DNA of 64,000 nucleotides, from positions 119 through 64,118 of the forward strand of contig DAHXOQ010000001.1 of the NCBI GenBank assembly GCA_027364815.1, written 5' to 3'. The DNA comes from Acidobacteriaceae bacterium. Its GTDB lineage: Bacteria > Acidobacteriota > Terriglobia > Terriglobales > Acidobacteriaceae. The notes beneath the pieces were generated by a model. The model was given only the letters and a program-made list of their open reading frames with translations. It did not search any database and had not been told where the DNA came from. Positions 35,514 through 45,671 of this stretch are shown here, in pieces; positions within the stretch are counted from its first letter, which is position 1, and each line of letters starts with the position of its first letter. The position numbers were made by a program, and so were the translations under genes.

Positions 35514-36938
35514 ATGAGTTGGAAGTTTACAAAATCATGGAGAGTAATGGGCCTGGCAGCACTGGCCAGCGCCATGCCTTTGATTGCACACGCTTCGGAT
35601 GGATCATCTTCAGCGCCTGTGACCCAGGCACAGTTGGATGCACTTAAACAATCCATCAGCGATGCGCGCATGGCCGGCGACAACGCATGGATGCTGGTCA
35701 GCGCGGCTTTGGTGTTGCTGATGACAGGCCCAGGGCTCGCACTTTTTTATGGCGGCCTGGTGCGCAAGAAAAATATTCTCGCCACCATGATGCAGAGCTT
35801 TGCCATGATGGGAATCGTCACCGTGATCTGGGCCGTTATTGGTTACTCACTCGCCTTTGGTCACGGAAACGCCTTTATTGGCGGCTTCGAACATGTATTT
35901 CTCAAAGGCGTAGGAGTTGCTCCAAATCCAGACTACGCGCCTACTATCCCAGAGCAAACTTACATGATCTACCAGTTGATGTTCGCCATCATTACACCTG
36001 CGCTTATCACTGGAGCCTTTGCCGAACGCATGAAGTTCAGCGCGATGGCAATATTTCTCGGCCTCTGGTCGCTTGTGATTTACAGCCCTATGGCGCACAT
36101 GGTTTGGGGTGTGGGCGGATTGTTGAATACTTCAGGCGGCAAGATTCCCTGCTTCGACTTTGCGGGTGGAACTGTCGTTCACGTCACATCCGGCGTCTCG
36201 GCGCTGGTGACTGCAATCTTTCTGGGCAAGCGACTCGGCTACCCCAAAACCCCGATGCCGCCGCACTCGCTTGTACTCAGCTTCATTGGCGCTTGTCTGC
36301 TGTGGGTGGGCTGGTTTGGATTCAATGCCGGGAGCGCGGTTAGTGCCGGAACACTTGCGACGAGCGCTTTTGTCAACACGCATTTTGCAGCAGCCGCCGC
36401 AGCCATCAGCTGGACGATCGCTGAGTGGCTCCATAACAAGCAGCCCACCGCACTCGGCGCCATTTCCGGCGCTGTTGCAGGACTGGTTGCTATCACTCCG
36501 GCATCAGGATTTGTGCAACCCATGTCGGCGCTCGCGATTGGATTCGTTGGTGGCGCCGTCTGTTTCCTGATGGTCTTCAAGGTCAAGAGCATCTTTGGTT
36601 ACGACGACTCACTGGACGCATTTGGCGTTCATGGCGCCGGCGGCACAATTGGCGCTCTGCTGACCGGGCTCTTTGCAACACGCATCATCAACCCCATCTA
36701 CGGGTCGGATAAGAGCGGCAGCTTAATTGCCACTGGGGCATTCGATGGCCACTGGTCACAGATGCTCAATCAGGCCGGCGGCGTTGCCATTGCCTGGCTC
36801 ATCTCAATCATTGGAACGCTTGCGCTTCTATTCCTGGTCGACAAACTCGTTGGGTTGCGTGTCTCGCAGCAGGATGAGCAATTGGGACTTGATCAAACTC
36901 AACACGGCGAATCAGGCTACGAATACGACGTGCCTTAA
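35514..36938 (+). CDS. amtB: ammonium transporter (Amt family) with cleavable signal peptide
   Basis: Motifs DNAWMLVSAALVLLMTPGLALFYGG, FAGGTVVHV, GFNAGSA, DDSLDAFGVHGAGG. ATG 35514 with GGAG upstream. Confidence 0.92.
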   Translation: MSWKFTKSWRVMGLAALASAMPLIAHASDGSSSAPVTQAQLDALKQSISDARMAGDNAWMLVSAALVLLMTGPGLALFYGGLVRKKNILATMMQSFAMMGIVTVIWAVIGYSLAFGHGNAFIGGFEHVFLKGVGVAPNPDYAPTIPEQTYMIYQLMFAIITPALITGAFAERMKFSAMAIFLGLWSLVIYSPMAHMVWGVGGLLNTSGGKIPCFDFAGGTVVHVTSGVSALVTAIFLGKRLGYPKTPMPPHSLVLSFIGACLLWVGWFGFNAGSAVSAGTLATSAFVNTHFAAAAAAISWTIAEWLHNKQPTALGAISGAVAGLVAITPASGFVQPMSALAIGFVGGAVCFLMVFKVKSIFGYDDSLDAFGVHGAGGTIGALLTGLFATRIINPIYGSDKSGSLIATGAFDGHWSQMLNQAGGVAIAWLISIIGTLALLFLVDKLVGLRVSQQDEQLGLDQTQHGESGYEYDVP

Positions 36939-36964
36939 TTCCCACAAATATGTGCACCGGTTGA

Positions 36965-37351
<387 letters not shown>

Positions 37352-37399
37352 CACAGAAACTCAAGAGCCACACTTCAATGAAGCAATCTTTGGAGAGCG

Positions 37400-40009
37400 A
37401 TGCAAAAGGCGCTGTTGGCAGTTGACGATCTACGCGATGAGTACACCAGGGAGATGGCTTTGGTGCGCCAGAATTATGAGCGCACCGGCGATGGCACCGC
37501 GGCCATTCGCCGCCGCTCCTCGGTTGTTGATCGCCTGCTCATCGAACTCTGGAAACGCGCTTTTGCAGACCAGCCCGGAGTAAACGCAACCCTGCTTGCA
37601 CTTGGTGGATACGGTCGCAAGGATCTCTTCCCTTACTCCGACATTGATATCCTCTTCGTCTTCGCCGACGAAAAAGTGGAGTTGCAAACCCATGAGGCAG
37701 TACGCGCAATTATTCAAAGCCTCTGGGATATCGGCCTGCGAGCCAGCCCCAACGCGCGCACACTCAAAGAAGCGGGTCGCTTTGATCCGGACAATCTCGA
37801 GTTCACACTCGCTACCCTCGACCATCGTTTTCTTGCCGGGCAGTTCCCTCTCTACCAGAAGCTTCATCAGGAGGTCATACCCGGCCTGGTATTGAGTCAG
37901 TGGAACACCATCACGCAAAAGCTCAGTGAGCTTGCACGCGCCCGTCATGCCAAATACGGCAACACAATTTTTCATCTGGAGCCCAATCTCAAGGAATGCC
38001 CCGGCGGGTTGCGCGATTATCACCTTGCTCTCTGGTTCGCTCTGCTTTTCCACTTGAAAGATGAGCGTGAATGGCCGCGTCAGCGTGGCGGAGTCTTCCA
38101 AAGCGCGCGTGGCGACGCCGAAACAGCCTTTGATTTCCTCGCATCCGTCCGATGCTTTCTGCACTTCCGTCATGGCCGCGACGACAATGCGCTCGACTGG
38201 CAATCGCAGGATGAAGCGGCAGCCAACAGCGTAGGCCTTGAAACCCGCGGCACCGCAGACCCGTCTTATTGGATGCGTACATATTTCCGTCACGCGCGCA
38301 TCATCTATCGCCGCGCGGTTCTGCTGATGGAGCATCTACCAGCGCCAGTCAGTTTTTACAAGCAATTTCGCCGCCGCCGCACTCCCATCGCGGGAACAGA
38401 TTTTTATCTGGATCAGGGACGCATAGATATCAACCCCGGTGCGCAATTCAACGACACAGGCGCAATCCTGCGCGTCTTCTCGCTAATGGCTGCTCACGGT
38501 TATGCACTCAGCCAGACGGCGGAAGACCGCATCACGGACGCTCTCCCGGTTCTCGCTATTCAGATCCCCGAAGGCCCTTATCTGTGGAATGCGCTCAGGG
38601 AAGTTCTGCTGGGCCCTCATGCTGCGCACGCATTGCGCACGATGCATGCACTCGGCGTACTTGAGATGCTTATTCCCGAGTTCCATGGCATTGACGCGCT
38701 CGTCATCCGTGACAGCTATCATCGCTATACCGTTGACGAACACACCTTCCTCGTCATCGACAATGTTCACCAACTGCGCCAGCCAAGCGCAGAATTCGAA
38801 CGCCGTCTCGGTCAACTGATTCAAGAGATAGACCGTCTCGACCTCTTCATGCTTTCGTTACTCATGCACGACACCGGTAAGGCACGCAAAACCGGTGATC
38901 ACGCAGTCACCAGCGTCGAGTTTGCTGACAGCCTGATGGCGCGCCTGGATTTTGATGCAGAGGAACGCGAAGTGGTTCGCAGGCTGATTCGCATGCACCT
39001 GGAGATGTCCCAGGCATTGCGTCGCGATATCTTCGACATAGAAAATGTGCGCGGCTTTGCTGAGAAAATTGGCAGCCCGACACTACTGAAGATGCTTGCG
39101 CTGATGACTTACGCTGACATCAAGGCTGTTCATCCCGACGCGCTGACACCGTGGAAGGCTGAAAATCTTTGGCAGCTTTACATGGCGACAGCAAACTTCA
39201 TGGATCGCAGCGTCGATGAGGTGCGCTATCACGCAGCCATTGATCCAACCCTGCTCAATCGCATCCGTGCGATGGTTCCACCAGCACAATTTGATTCGCT
39301 CAAAAATTTCCTTGAAGGCCTGCCGCAACGTTACATGCAAACCCGTCTTCCTGAGCAGATTCGCAGCCACTTCCTGTTGGCGCACGAACTGGCTGATGAC
39401 CCTGCGCAACTTGATCTGCATCCCCACGCCAATCTTTTTGATTTAACTGTGGTGACACGCGATCGCAGCCAACTTTTTGCCGATGTTGCAGGAACTTTGG
39501 CGGCATGGGGAATGAACATCGTCAAAGCGGACGCCTTTTCAAACGATGCCGGAATCATCGTTGACAGTTTCCAGTTCACAGACACTTACCGCACACTTGA
39601 ACTGAACCCAGATGAAAAGGTCCGCTTTATTGCGAACCTGCATGACGTCATCGCTCAGAAGCTTTCCGTTGAACAGTTGCTCGCCAGGCGCAGTCATCAT
39701 GGCCAAACGGCCAACTTCAAGGTTGAAGTAGGAACGCGACTTGAGTTCGATTCCACCTCATCGAGCCACTCCACACTTCTGCAAGTTGTGGCGCAGGATG
39801 GGCCAGGCCTTCTCCGCCGCATAGCTCTTGCACTCAATCAACACAAGTGCAACATCGAGGTAGCGCTCATTGACACTGAAGGCGAGTCGGCAATCGACGT
39901 ATTTTATCTGACTAAAAATGGCATCAAGCTGGACGAATCTGAACAGCAATCGCTTGCGAAGACTTTGACTGCCAGTCTTGAGGGGATGCGTCTGGCTATG
40001 AAGGCTTAA
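37400..40009 (+). CDS. glnD: [protein-PII] uridylyltransferase / uridylyl-removing enzyme
   Basis: Nucleotidyltransferase motif [18 protein letters not shown], an HD domain ([17 protein letters not shown]) and two C-terminal ACT-like segments. Confidence 0.9.
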   Translation: MQKALLAVDDLRDEYTREMALVRQNYERTGDGTAAIRRRSSVVDRLLIELWKRAFADQPGVNATLLALGGYGRKDLFPYSDIDILFVFADEKVELQTHEAVRAIIQSLWDIGLRASPNARTLKEAGRFDPDNLEFTLATLDHRFLAGQFPLYQKLHQEVIPGLVLSQWNTITQKLSELARARHAKYGNTIFHLEPNLKECPGGLRDYHLALWFALLFHLKDEREWPRQRGGVFQSARGDAETAFDFLASVRCFLHFRHGRDDNALDWQSQDEAAANSVGLETRGTADPSYWMRTYFRHARIIYRRAVLLMEHLPAPVSFYKQFRRRRTPIAGTDFYLDQGRIDINPGAQFNDTGAILRVFSLMAAHGYALSQTAEDRITDALPVLAIQIPEGPYLWNALREVLLGPHAAHALRTMHALGVLEMLIPEFHGIDALVIRDSYHRYTVDEHTFLVIDNVHQLRQPSAEFERRLGQLIQEIDRLDLFMLSLLMHDTGKARKTGDHAVTSVEFADSLMARLDFDAEEREVVRRLIRMHLEMSQALRRDIFDIENVRGFAEKIGSPTLLKMLALMTYADIKAVHPDALTPWKAENLWQLYMATANFMDRSVDEVRYHAAIDPTLLNRIRAMVPPAQFDSLKNFLEGLPQRYMQTRLPEQIRSHFLLAHELADDPAQLDLHPHANLFDLTVVTRDRSQLFADVAGTLAAWGMNIVKADAFSNDAGIIVDSFQFTDTYRTLELNPDEKVRFIANLHDVIAQKLSVEQLLARRSHHGQTANFKVEVGTRLEFDSTSSSHSTLLQVVAQDGPGLLRRIALALNQHKCNIEVALIDTEGESAIDVFYLTKNGIKLDESEQQSLAKTLTASLEGMRLAMKA

Positions 40010-40111
40010 TAATTTAAATCATATTCATGTTTTGAATGAGGTCTGAATTCCCTTCATCTTCCCGTAACAATCACAGCAATGCTGGTCGCGTAACATGGAG
40101 ATGTGCCCTGT

Positions 40112-40402
40112 TCACTTCAAATACGCGCGCACCAGATCGATCAAATCCTCGGCAAGCTCCGGAGCAATCTGTTCCTTGACGCCATCTACAAGATGGAAAC
40201 GGATATGATCTTCAAGCACTTCACCCATCAAACTGTTGATGCCGCCGCGAACCGCAGCCAGCAGCATCAGTTGTCCGCCACAGTCCTCATCAGCTGTCAG
40301 CGCACGCTCGACTGCATCCAATTGCCCGCGCAGTTTTCTGATACGCTGCAACAATTTAAGTTTCTCGCGTTCATGAAGCGACATGCCATCTCGCTTTGAC
40401 AT
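40112..40402 (-). CDS. CsoR/RcnR/FrmR-family (DUF156) metal-sensing transcriptional repressor
   Basis: 96 aa, ..LRGQLDAVERAL..DCGGQLMLLAAVRGGINSLMGEVLEDHIRFH..LVRAYLK. The Cys-(25)-His-(4)-His spacing is identical to the RcnR C35/H60/H64 pattern. AGAGGA precedes the ATG. Confidence 0.85.
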   Translation of the reverse strand: MSKRDGMSLHEREKLKLLQRIRKLRGQLDAVERALTADEDCGGQLMLLAAVRGGINSLMGEVLEDHIRFHLVDGVKEQIAPELAEDLIDLVRAYLK

Positions 40403-40419
40403 AATTTCCTCTTTACTGA

Positions 40420-40457
40420 ATACCCATGGGGGGTATACTATGTACCTAGTGGGGGTA
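40420..40457. promoter_or_regulatory. two tandem CsoR/RcnR-type operators (AT-rich inverted repeat around a G-tract)
   Basis: ATACCCATGGGGGGTAT (40420-40436) and TACCTAGTGGGGGTA (40443-40457) lie between the divergent repressor and porin genes. They resemble the B. subtilis CsoR site TACCCTACGGGGGTA and the E. coli RcnR TACT-G6-N-AGTA sites. A TATACT -10-like hexamer sits at 40434-40439. Confidence 0.7.
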
Positions 40458-40517
40458 TCTCTGATTTATGGTACTCTCTTTCTGCAATTAACTAAAGTTC
40501 ATTTCTGAGGCCTTGTT

Positions 40518-42050
40518 ATGTTCCCCAATATCTCATTGAATAAATTAAAGATATTAGCCATTGCTGTGTCATTTCTGCTGCTCTTTCTCTCTGCCTCTGC
40601 CACGGACAAGGCACAAACTACGGCGCAGATACCAGACGCTCCAACTCCTCAGTTGGCAGTCTTAGGCAACCCTCCACCGTTGTCACAGCACGGCTCTCAG
40701 GGGGAAATTGGAATTCATAATAAGGACGTGACTGCAAATGAACATGCGCAGTTGGAAATGCCACAGGTCACCATCTTTCCACACCCAGATGATGCGCGGT
40801 ACCTCATCTCGGGCCAGGCGAACATAATCTTTCAGGGTCGCCTTCCCTTTCATTCGCTCTATCAGGGCACCAACAGCTTCCGGAACTCGGCCGAGTACAA
40901 AACCTCCATGATCGGTACCTTGTACACAGCTCTTCGGCCTACTCGTTCGATCCGTTACAACACGGATCTGATCTTCGACATGGAATTAGCTGCGGGGCGT
41001 GGTTTGAGCGAGGCATTAGGCCTTGCCGGATTTACTAATCTTGATGTCGTGCGCAACCCTTACCTCAGTGAAACGCCTTACATTGCGCGCTATGAGATTC
41101 ATCAGGTCATCGGTCTTACGAATCAGACAGCCGATCAACAGGTAAGCAGTTTTGGACTTGCTACCAGCGTGCCGGTGCGCCGCCTTGAGTTCCGCATAGG
41201 CAAATTGACTCTGCCTGATTTTTTTGATGTCAACGGCCCCGGTTCAGACAGTCACTTGCAATTCATGAACTGGACCGTGGACAACAATGGCGCATGGGAT
41301 TATGCCGCTGATACGCGCGGGTACACGGTGGGTGGGATGGCAGAATATGACGACCGCGCGTGGAGCATTCGCTACGGGCTCTTTGCCATGCCGATCGTGG
41401 CCAATGGAATCGATTTGGACTGGGCCTTCTCGCGTGCGCATGGCCATAACGGCGAGTTCGAATTCCGCAAGGGTTACATCAAAAATCAAAAGGGTGCTAC
41501 GCGTTTACTTTTCTATGCCAATCGCGCGCATATGGGCGATTATCGCGAGGCCGTAGACGCATTTCTGGCAGGCACCGACACTACGCCCACTATCACCCAG
41601 CATGAACATTTCGGCGCGCTCAAGTATGGCTTTGGCATCAACAACGAGCAGGTAATCACTGCGAATCTTCGCGTCTTTGGCCGCTTTGGATGGAATGAAG
41701 GCCAGCACGAATCCTTCGCATACACTGAGGTTGACCAGACCTTCCTGAGCGGTTTCGATTACTCCGGTTCACGCTGGAAGCGCCCCATCGACAAACTCGG
41801 CGTGGCTGTCGTCTCAAACGCCATCAAGAAAGACCATCAGAATTATCTGAAATATGGCGGGCTTGGTTTTCTGCTTGGCGATGGAAACCTGAACTACGGC
41901 CGTGAAAATATCGTCGAGAGTTACTACACAATGCACGCCTGGCGCGGACTCTATTACTCAGTTGATGTGCAGCACATCAACAACCCCGGTTACAACCGTG
42001 ACCGCGGCCCAGCCTGGGTTGGATCCACCCGCATGCATGTTGATTTTTAA
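40518..42050 (+). CDS. outer-membrane porin-like beta-barrel protein (OprB/carbohydrate-porin-like)
   Basis: Signal peptide, alternating amphipathic strands, LQFMNWTVDNNGAWDYAADTRGYT, and a C-terminal aromatic residue (..RMHVDF). The family assignment comes from memory of PF04966-type annotations and is unverified. Confidence 0.5.
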   Translation: MFPNISLNKLKILAIAVSFLLLFLSASATDKAQTTAQIPDAPTPQLAVLGNPPPLSQHGSQGEIGIHNKDVTANEHAQLEMPQVTIFPHPDDARYLISGQANIIFQGRLPFHSLYQGTNSFRNSAEYKTSMIGTLYTALRPTRSIRYNTDLIFDMELAAGRGLSEALGLAGFTNLDVVRNPYLSETPYIARYEIHQVIGLTNQTADQQVSSFGLATSVPVRRLEFRIGKLTLPDFFDVNGPGSDSHLQFMNWTVDNNGAWDYAADTRGYTVGGMAEYDDRAWSIRYGLFAMPIVANGIDLDWAFSRAHGHNGEFEFRKGYIKNQKGATRLLFYANRAHMGDYREAVDAFLAGTDTTPTITQHEHFGALKYGFGINNEQVITANLRVFGRFGWNEGQHESFAYTEVDQTFLSGFDYSGSRWKRPIDKLGVAVVSNAIKKDHQNYLKYGGLGFLLGDGNLNYGRENIVESYYTMHAWRGLYYSVDVQHINNPGYNRDRGPAWVGSTRMHVDF

Positions 42051-42056
42051 AGCAAT

Positions 42057-42890
42057 TTATTTCGCGGAATTTACTTGTGTGGGTTTTTCAGGAAGCGCGT
42101 AGATAATTTCACCCGAGCGGGCATAGTGCAACTTCTCGCGCGCTTCACGCTCAATGGCATCCTTATCCGTATTCAGGCTGTTAATGTGATCCCGCACGCG
42201 CGTATTCTCCAACTGCAACTGGTCAATCTCCATCTGCAGGCGCTTATCTTCAGCGCGCTTCTGCTGCCAGATGGAGAGGCCATCCTTGCCATTGATCACA
42301 TGCCACCCCATGAACATAATCAGCGCGAGAACCACCATGGTTCCAGCCGGTCTCCACGTCTGAGGCGTGCTTGCCCCGGGAAGAAAACCAAGCAGGAAGT
42401 GCAGCAAGGAACGATGCTCTTTCACTGCACTCGCAGAGGCTGCTTCGCCGCCATCATTCTCTGAGAGCGTATCGGCATCTACTGCGCCGGCTGCATCCAT
42501 GCGTTCAGCTTTTGATGCCACGCCGGATTTCGCCTTTGAAGTTAAATCGATCGATTGAGAATTGTGATTCTGCGCAATAAGTTCCTCTGAACGCGCCCTC
42601 TCCTCGTAGTGCGTATCGAGAATCTGCTGCTTAGGCTGGTCATAAATTGTGGGGATTGTGGATGATTTGGCCGCTGAAAACGGTGAAGGAATGTTTTCAG
42701 CAACTGGAGTCGGGTCAACTGCTGGAAGCGATTGGATAGTCTCAAATAGCTCCGGTGCGACTGGCTGCGGCGTTGGCTCTTCCATAGCTTGCGCGATAAA
42801 TGGAGCGTAACTCTCCTCTGCATCGCAAACTTCGCTTGCGAAGGGCAGCTTGCCGCAGTATTTATCGAATCCCTGTTGACGCGTGCTCAA
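42057..42890 (-). CDS. ftsB: FtsB/DivIC-like septum formation initiator with a long disordered N-terminal extension
   Basis: The C-terminal 100 aa hold one TM segment, a coiled coil (IWQQKRAEDKRLQMEIDQLQLENTRVRDHINSL) and DKDAIEREAREKLHYARSGEIIY. The N-terminal ~170 aa are Pro/Ser/Ala-rich. Confidence 0.65.
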   Translation of the reverse strand: MSTRQQGFDKYCGKLPFASEVCDAEESYAPFIAQAMEEPTPQPVAPELFETIQSLPAVDPTPVAENIPSPFSAAKSSTIPTIYDQPKQQILDTHYEERARSEELIAQNHNSQSIDLTSKAKSGVASKAERMDAAGAVDADTLSENDGGEAASASAVKEHRSLLHFLLGFLPGASTPQTWRPAGTMVVLALIMFMGWHVINGKDGLSIWQQKRAEDKRLQMEIDQLQLENTRVRDHINSLNTDKDAIEREAREKLHYARSGEIIYALPEKPTQVNSAK

Positions 42891-42938
42891 AATCCTAACC
42901 CTTCATCACATCTGATTCTGAGCAAACATCATCTCTGC

Positions 42939-44342
42939 TCAGGCCAGCACAAACTCCCGCGCGGCCTTACTCAGCGCCGCCACATCCTGCTCGCTGCGCG
43001 CTTCAGTGTAGGCACGCACAACAGGTTCAGTTCCCGAAAGCCGGTAGCAAACCCATGAGCCGCCATCGAGAATCAGCTTCAGCCCATCGGTGCGGACAAC
43101 TGAGACAACTTTGCGTCCGCTGAGTTCCGTGGGATCAGCCTTCAGTTTCTTAGTGAAATTCGCCATCGTATCCGCGGTCAAGTGGAAGTTCTCTCTTATT
43201 GGATAGAAGGAACCAACCTTGTCAAAGAGTGCCTTCAGTTGTTCGCCAAGACTTTTGCCACGTGTCGCCACCATCTCCGCTACAAGCAGCCCGGCAATCA
43301 CGCCATCTTTCTCCGGAACGTGGCCGCGAATCGTCAAACCGGCCGATTCCTCGCCGCCGATGGCGATCTTGTCTTCGTTAATCAATTCACCAATGTACTT
43401 GAAGCCGACAGGCGTCTCGTAGAGCTGAACCTTGTGGTGCTCGGCCAGCGCATTGATCAGATTGGTCGTCGCTACACTCTTGGCCACGCCATTTTTCCAG
43501 CCGCGCGACTCCACCAGGTAATCGAAGAGCAGGGCGATAATGTAATTCGGCTGAATGAAGGTGCCATCCGCGTCAACAATACCGAAGCGGTCAGCATCGC
43601 CGTCAGTGGCAATTGCCAGCCTGGCGCCAATCTCTTTCATCTTTGCCTTGGCGTCGCCGAGCAGATGATCATCCGGTTCCGGTGCATGGCCGCCGAAGAG
43701 TACATCGCGATAATCGTGCACCGTCTCCACGGCCACGCCGGCTTCACGCAGCAGATCTGATGGATAGCCACGACCTGCGCCCCAGAAAGGATCGTAAACA
43801 ATTTTGATTCCGGATTTTGCGATTGCCTTGAGGTCAACCAGCTCAGCAAGACGCTGCAAAAACGAAGGCTTCACGTCGGTTGTTTCAAATTCCTTGCTGC
43901 TTTCAACGTGCGCAACTCCGCCTTTCGCAGCCTGTGCTTCGATAGCAGCTTCAATATGTTTCGTCACATCGGGCAGAGCGGGCGCGCCATCATGCGTTGA
44001 AAATTTAATCCCGTTGTACTCCGGAGGATTGTGCGAAGCGGTGAAGTTGATGGCGCCCGATGTTTTGAGCGAGCGCACAGCGTAAGAAATCGCCGGCGTC
44101 GGCGCTGCCTCTGGAATCCCGATTGGCGTAACCCCTGCCGCATCCAGAATCGCTGCTGCTTCGTGAACAAAGCTCTCGCCCAGAAAGCGCGGATCACGGC
44201 CCACGAGCACGCGATGCGGCGCAGGCTGGCTCTTTACATACGAGGCAATTCCAGCAACGGCCATGCGTATATTGGCAAGGTTGAACTCATCGGCAACAAT
44301 AGCCCTCCAGCCGGAGGTTCCGAACTTGATTTGGGTGCTCAT
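42939..44342 (-). CDS. phosphoglucomutase/phosphomannomutase family (alpha-D-phosphohexomutase)
   Basis: Catalytic loop TASHNPPEYNGIKF, Mg site ATDGDADRFG and sugar loop GGEESAG. Confidence 0.9.
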   Translation of the reverse strand: MSTQIKFGTSGWRAIVADEFNLANIRMAVAGIASYVKSQPAPHRVLVGRDPRFLGESFVHEAAAILDAAGVTPIGIPEAAPTPAISYAVRSLKTSGAINFTASHNPPEYNGIKFSTHDGAPALPDVTKHIEAAIEAQAAKGGVAHVESSKEFETTDVKPSFLQRLAELVDLKAIAKSGIKIVYDPFWGAGRGYPSDLLREAGVAVETVHDYRDVLFGGHAPEPDDHLLGDAKAKMKEIGARLAIATDGDADRFGIVDADGTFIQPNYIIALLFDYLVESRGWKNGVAKSVATTNLINALAEHHKVQLYETPVGFKYIGELINEDKIAIGGEESAGLTIRGHVPEKDGVIAGLLVAEMVATRGKSLGEQLKALFDKVGSFYPIRENFHLTADTMANFTKKLKADPTELSGRKVVSVVRTDGLKLILDGGSWVCYRLSGTEPVVRAYTEARSEQDVAALSKAAREFVLA

Positions 44343-44466
44343 GACTCGCTACTCCCTCAAGAAGAAAAATCTTCAAAGTGCTTCCACATCGTCCATACTG
44401 CATGAAGGGAGCCGGGCGGGGCAAGTCGCAGGAGGATAGATTTTCATTAAAAATGAGGCGCACTTT

Positions 44467-44799
44467 ATGACCGATAAAAACTCCATCGCACGCATTGTGC
44501 TCACCACAACTGCGAATCTGGAGGATGCGCGCACTTTAGGCCATCGTCTCGTCGAAGAACATCTAGCGGCCTGCGCAAGCATCATTCCTGCCATTGAATC
44601 CATCTACCATTGGCAAGGCTCAATTGAAGAATCGAAAGAAGTCCTGCTCCTGCTCAAGACAATTGAAGACAAGCTTGAAGCGCTCGAAGCACGTTTGAAT
44701 CAGCTGCATACTTATGAGACGCCGGAGTTCCTCGTACTCTCCGTTGACCCGGCCGGAAGCAAGTACCTTAGATGGCTCACGGACTCCCTTCAATCATGA
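44467..44799 (+). CDS. cutA: divalent-cation tolerance protein CutA
   Basis: 110 aa with LAACASIIPAIESIYHWQGSIEE..E..LLLKT..HTYETPEF, the typical CutA1 pattern. Confidence 0.85.
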   Translation: MTDKNSIARIVLTTTANLEDARTLGHRLVEEHLAACASIIPAIESIYHWQGSIEESKEVLLLLKTIEDKLEALEARLNQLHTYETPEFLVLSVDPAGSKYLRWLTDSLQS

Positions 44800-44827
44800 G
44801 CCGCTCTGATAAAATAGAGACTGCTGC

Positions 44828-44998
44828 ATGATGCGATGGCTCATTCTGGTTTTGGTGATTTGTTTTCTCGCTCTGCTCATTGCAGCCGGTGCGATGTTGC
44901 TGCATGTCCGGCGCCAGCGTAAAAAACTACTCAAATCCAGGGATGCTGACCCGCAAGTTGAGGTCAGCTCCAGTGACGAGAACATTCATGACTCCTGA
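44828..44998 (+). CDS. possible 56-aa single-pass membrane protein (below the ORF-track length cutoff)
   Basis: My own translation: MMRWLILVLVICFLALLIAAGAMLLHVRRQRKKLLKSRDADPQVEVSSSDENIHDS*. A hydrophobic helix is followed by a positive patch. No homology evidence. Confidence 0.3.
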   Translation: MMRWLILVLVICFLALLIAAGAMLLHVRRQRKKLLKSRDADPQVEVSSSDENIHDS

Positions 44999-45053
44999 CT
45001 CGAGTCAATTCATTTAAATTTGCAGGGCCAACTCATCCTAAGGGAGTGCAACG

Positions 45054-45626
45054 ATGAACAATCAACTCACTGCACCGGTAATCGCAAAATCTCAATCGAC
45101 AGTATGGCTGCGTAACACTGCAATTGTTCTCGGCGCCAGTCTGCTTGTCGGCCTTGCCGCTCACATTGTCTTTCCGCTGCCTTTCACTGTGGTTCCGCTC
45201 AGTATGGCGCCTTTTGCCGTCATGTTGGCGGGCCTGGTTCTCACGCCGCGCATGGCTTTTGCCTCACTGATTGCCTATCTCGCTGAAGGCGCAATGGGAC
45301 TGCCCTTCTTTTCGCCCACAGGGCCCGGCGGCCTGGCACATCTGGTCTGGCCAACTGCAGGTTATCTCTTCGCCTTCCCTGTTGCCGCTTTTGTTATCTC
45401 GGCACTCTATCGCCGAAGCAATCGCAAATTCTCTGGCGCATTCGTCAGCGCCGCACTCGGTTCGCTGCTTTTGATCGCAATCGGCGCATTCTGGCTCGCA
45501 ATCGTCTTGCACCTGAGCCTGATGACGACTCTCTCCATTGGCGTTCTTCCCTTCCTCCTTGGTGATGCACTGAAAGTTCTCGCCGCCGCCGCTGCTGTTC
45601 AGGGATGGCAGCGTATTCGAAAGTAA
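45054..45626 (+). CDS. bioY: biotin transporter BioY (ECF S-component-like)
   Basis: About 190 aa with 5-6 TM segments. PFTVVPLSMAPFAVMLAGLVL..AYLAEGAMGLPFF..GYLFAFPVAAF is typical of BioY. Confidence 0.8.
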   Translation: MNNQLTAPVIAKSQSTVWLRNTAIVLGASLLVGLAAHIVFPLPFTVVPLSMAPFAVMLAGLVLTPRMAFASLIAYLAEGAMGLPFFSPTGPGGLAHLVWPTAGYLFAFPVAAFVISALYRRSNRKFSGAFVSAALGSLLLIAIGAFWLAIVLHLSLMTTLSIGVLPFLLGDALKVLAAAAAVQGWQRIRK

Positions 45627-45671
45627 TTTTTTCTTGCGGAGTTCGCATCACAATGAACTCTGCCATCTGCG

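Noticed and set aside
44794-44985. 63-aa minus-strand track ORF after cutA
   Set aside because: It has no signal, motif or plausible ribosome-binding site. The same DNA encodes a much more protein-like small membrane ORF on the + strand.
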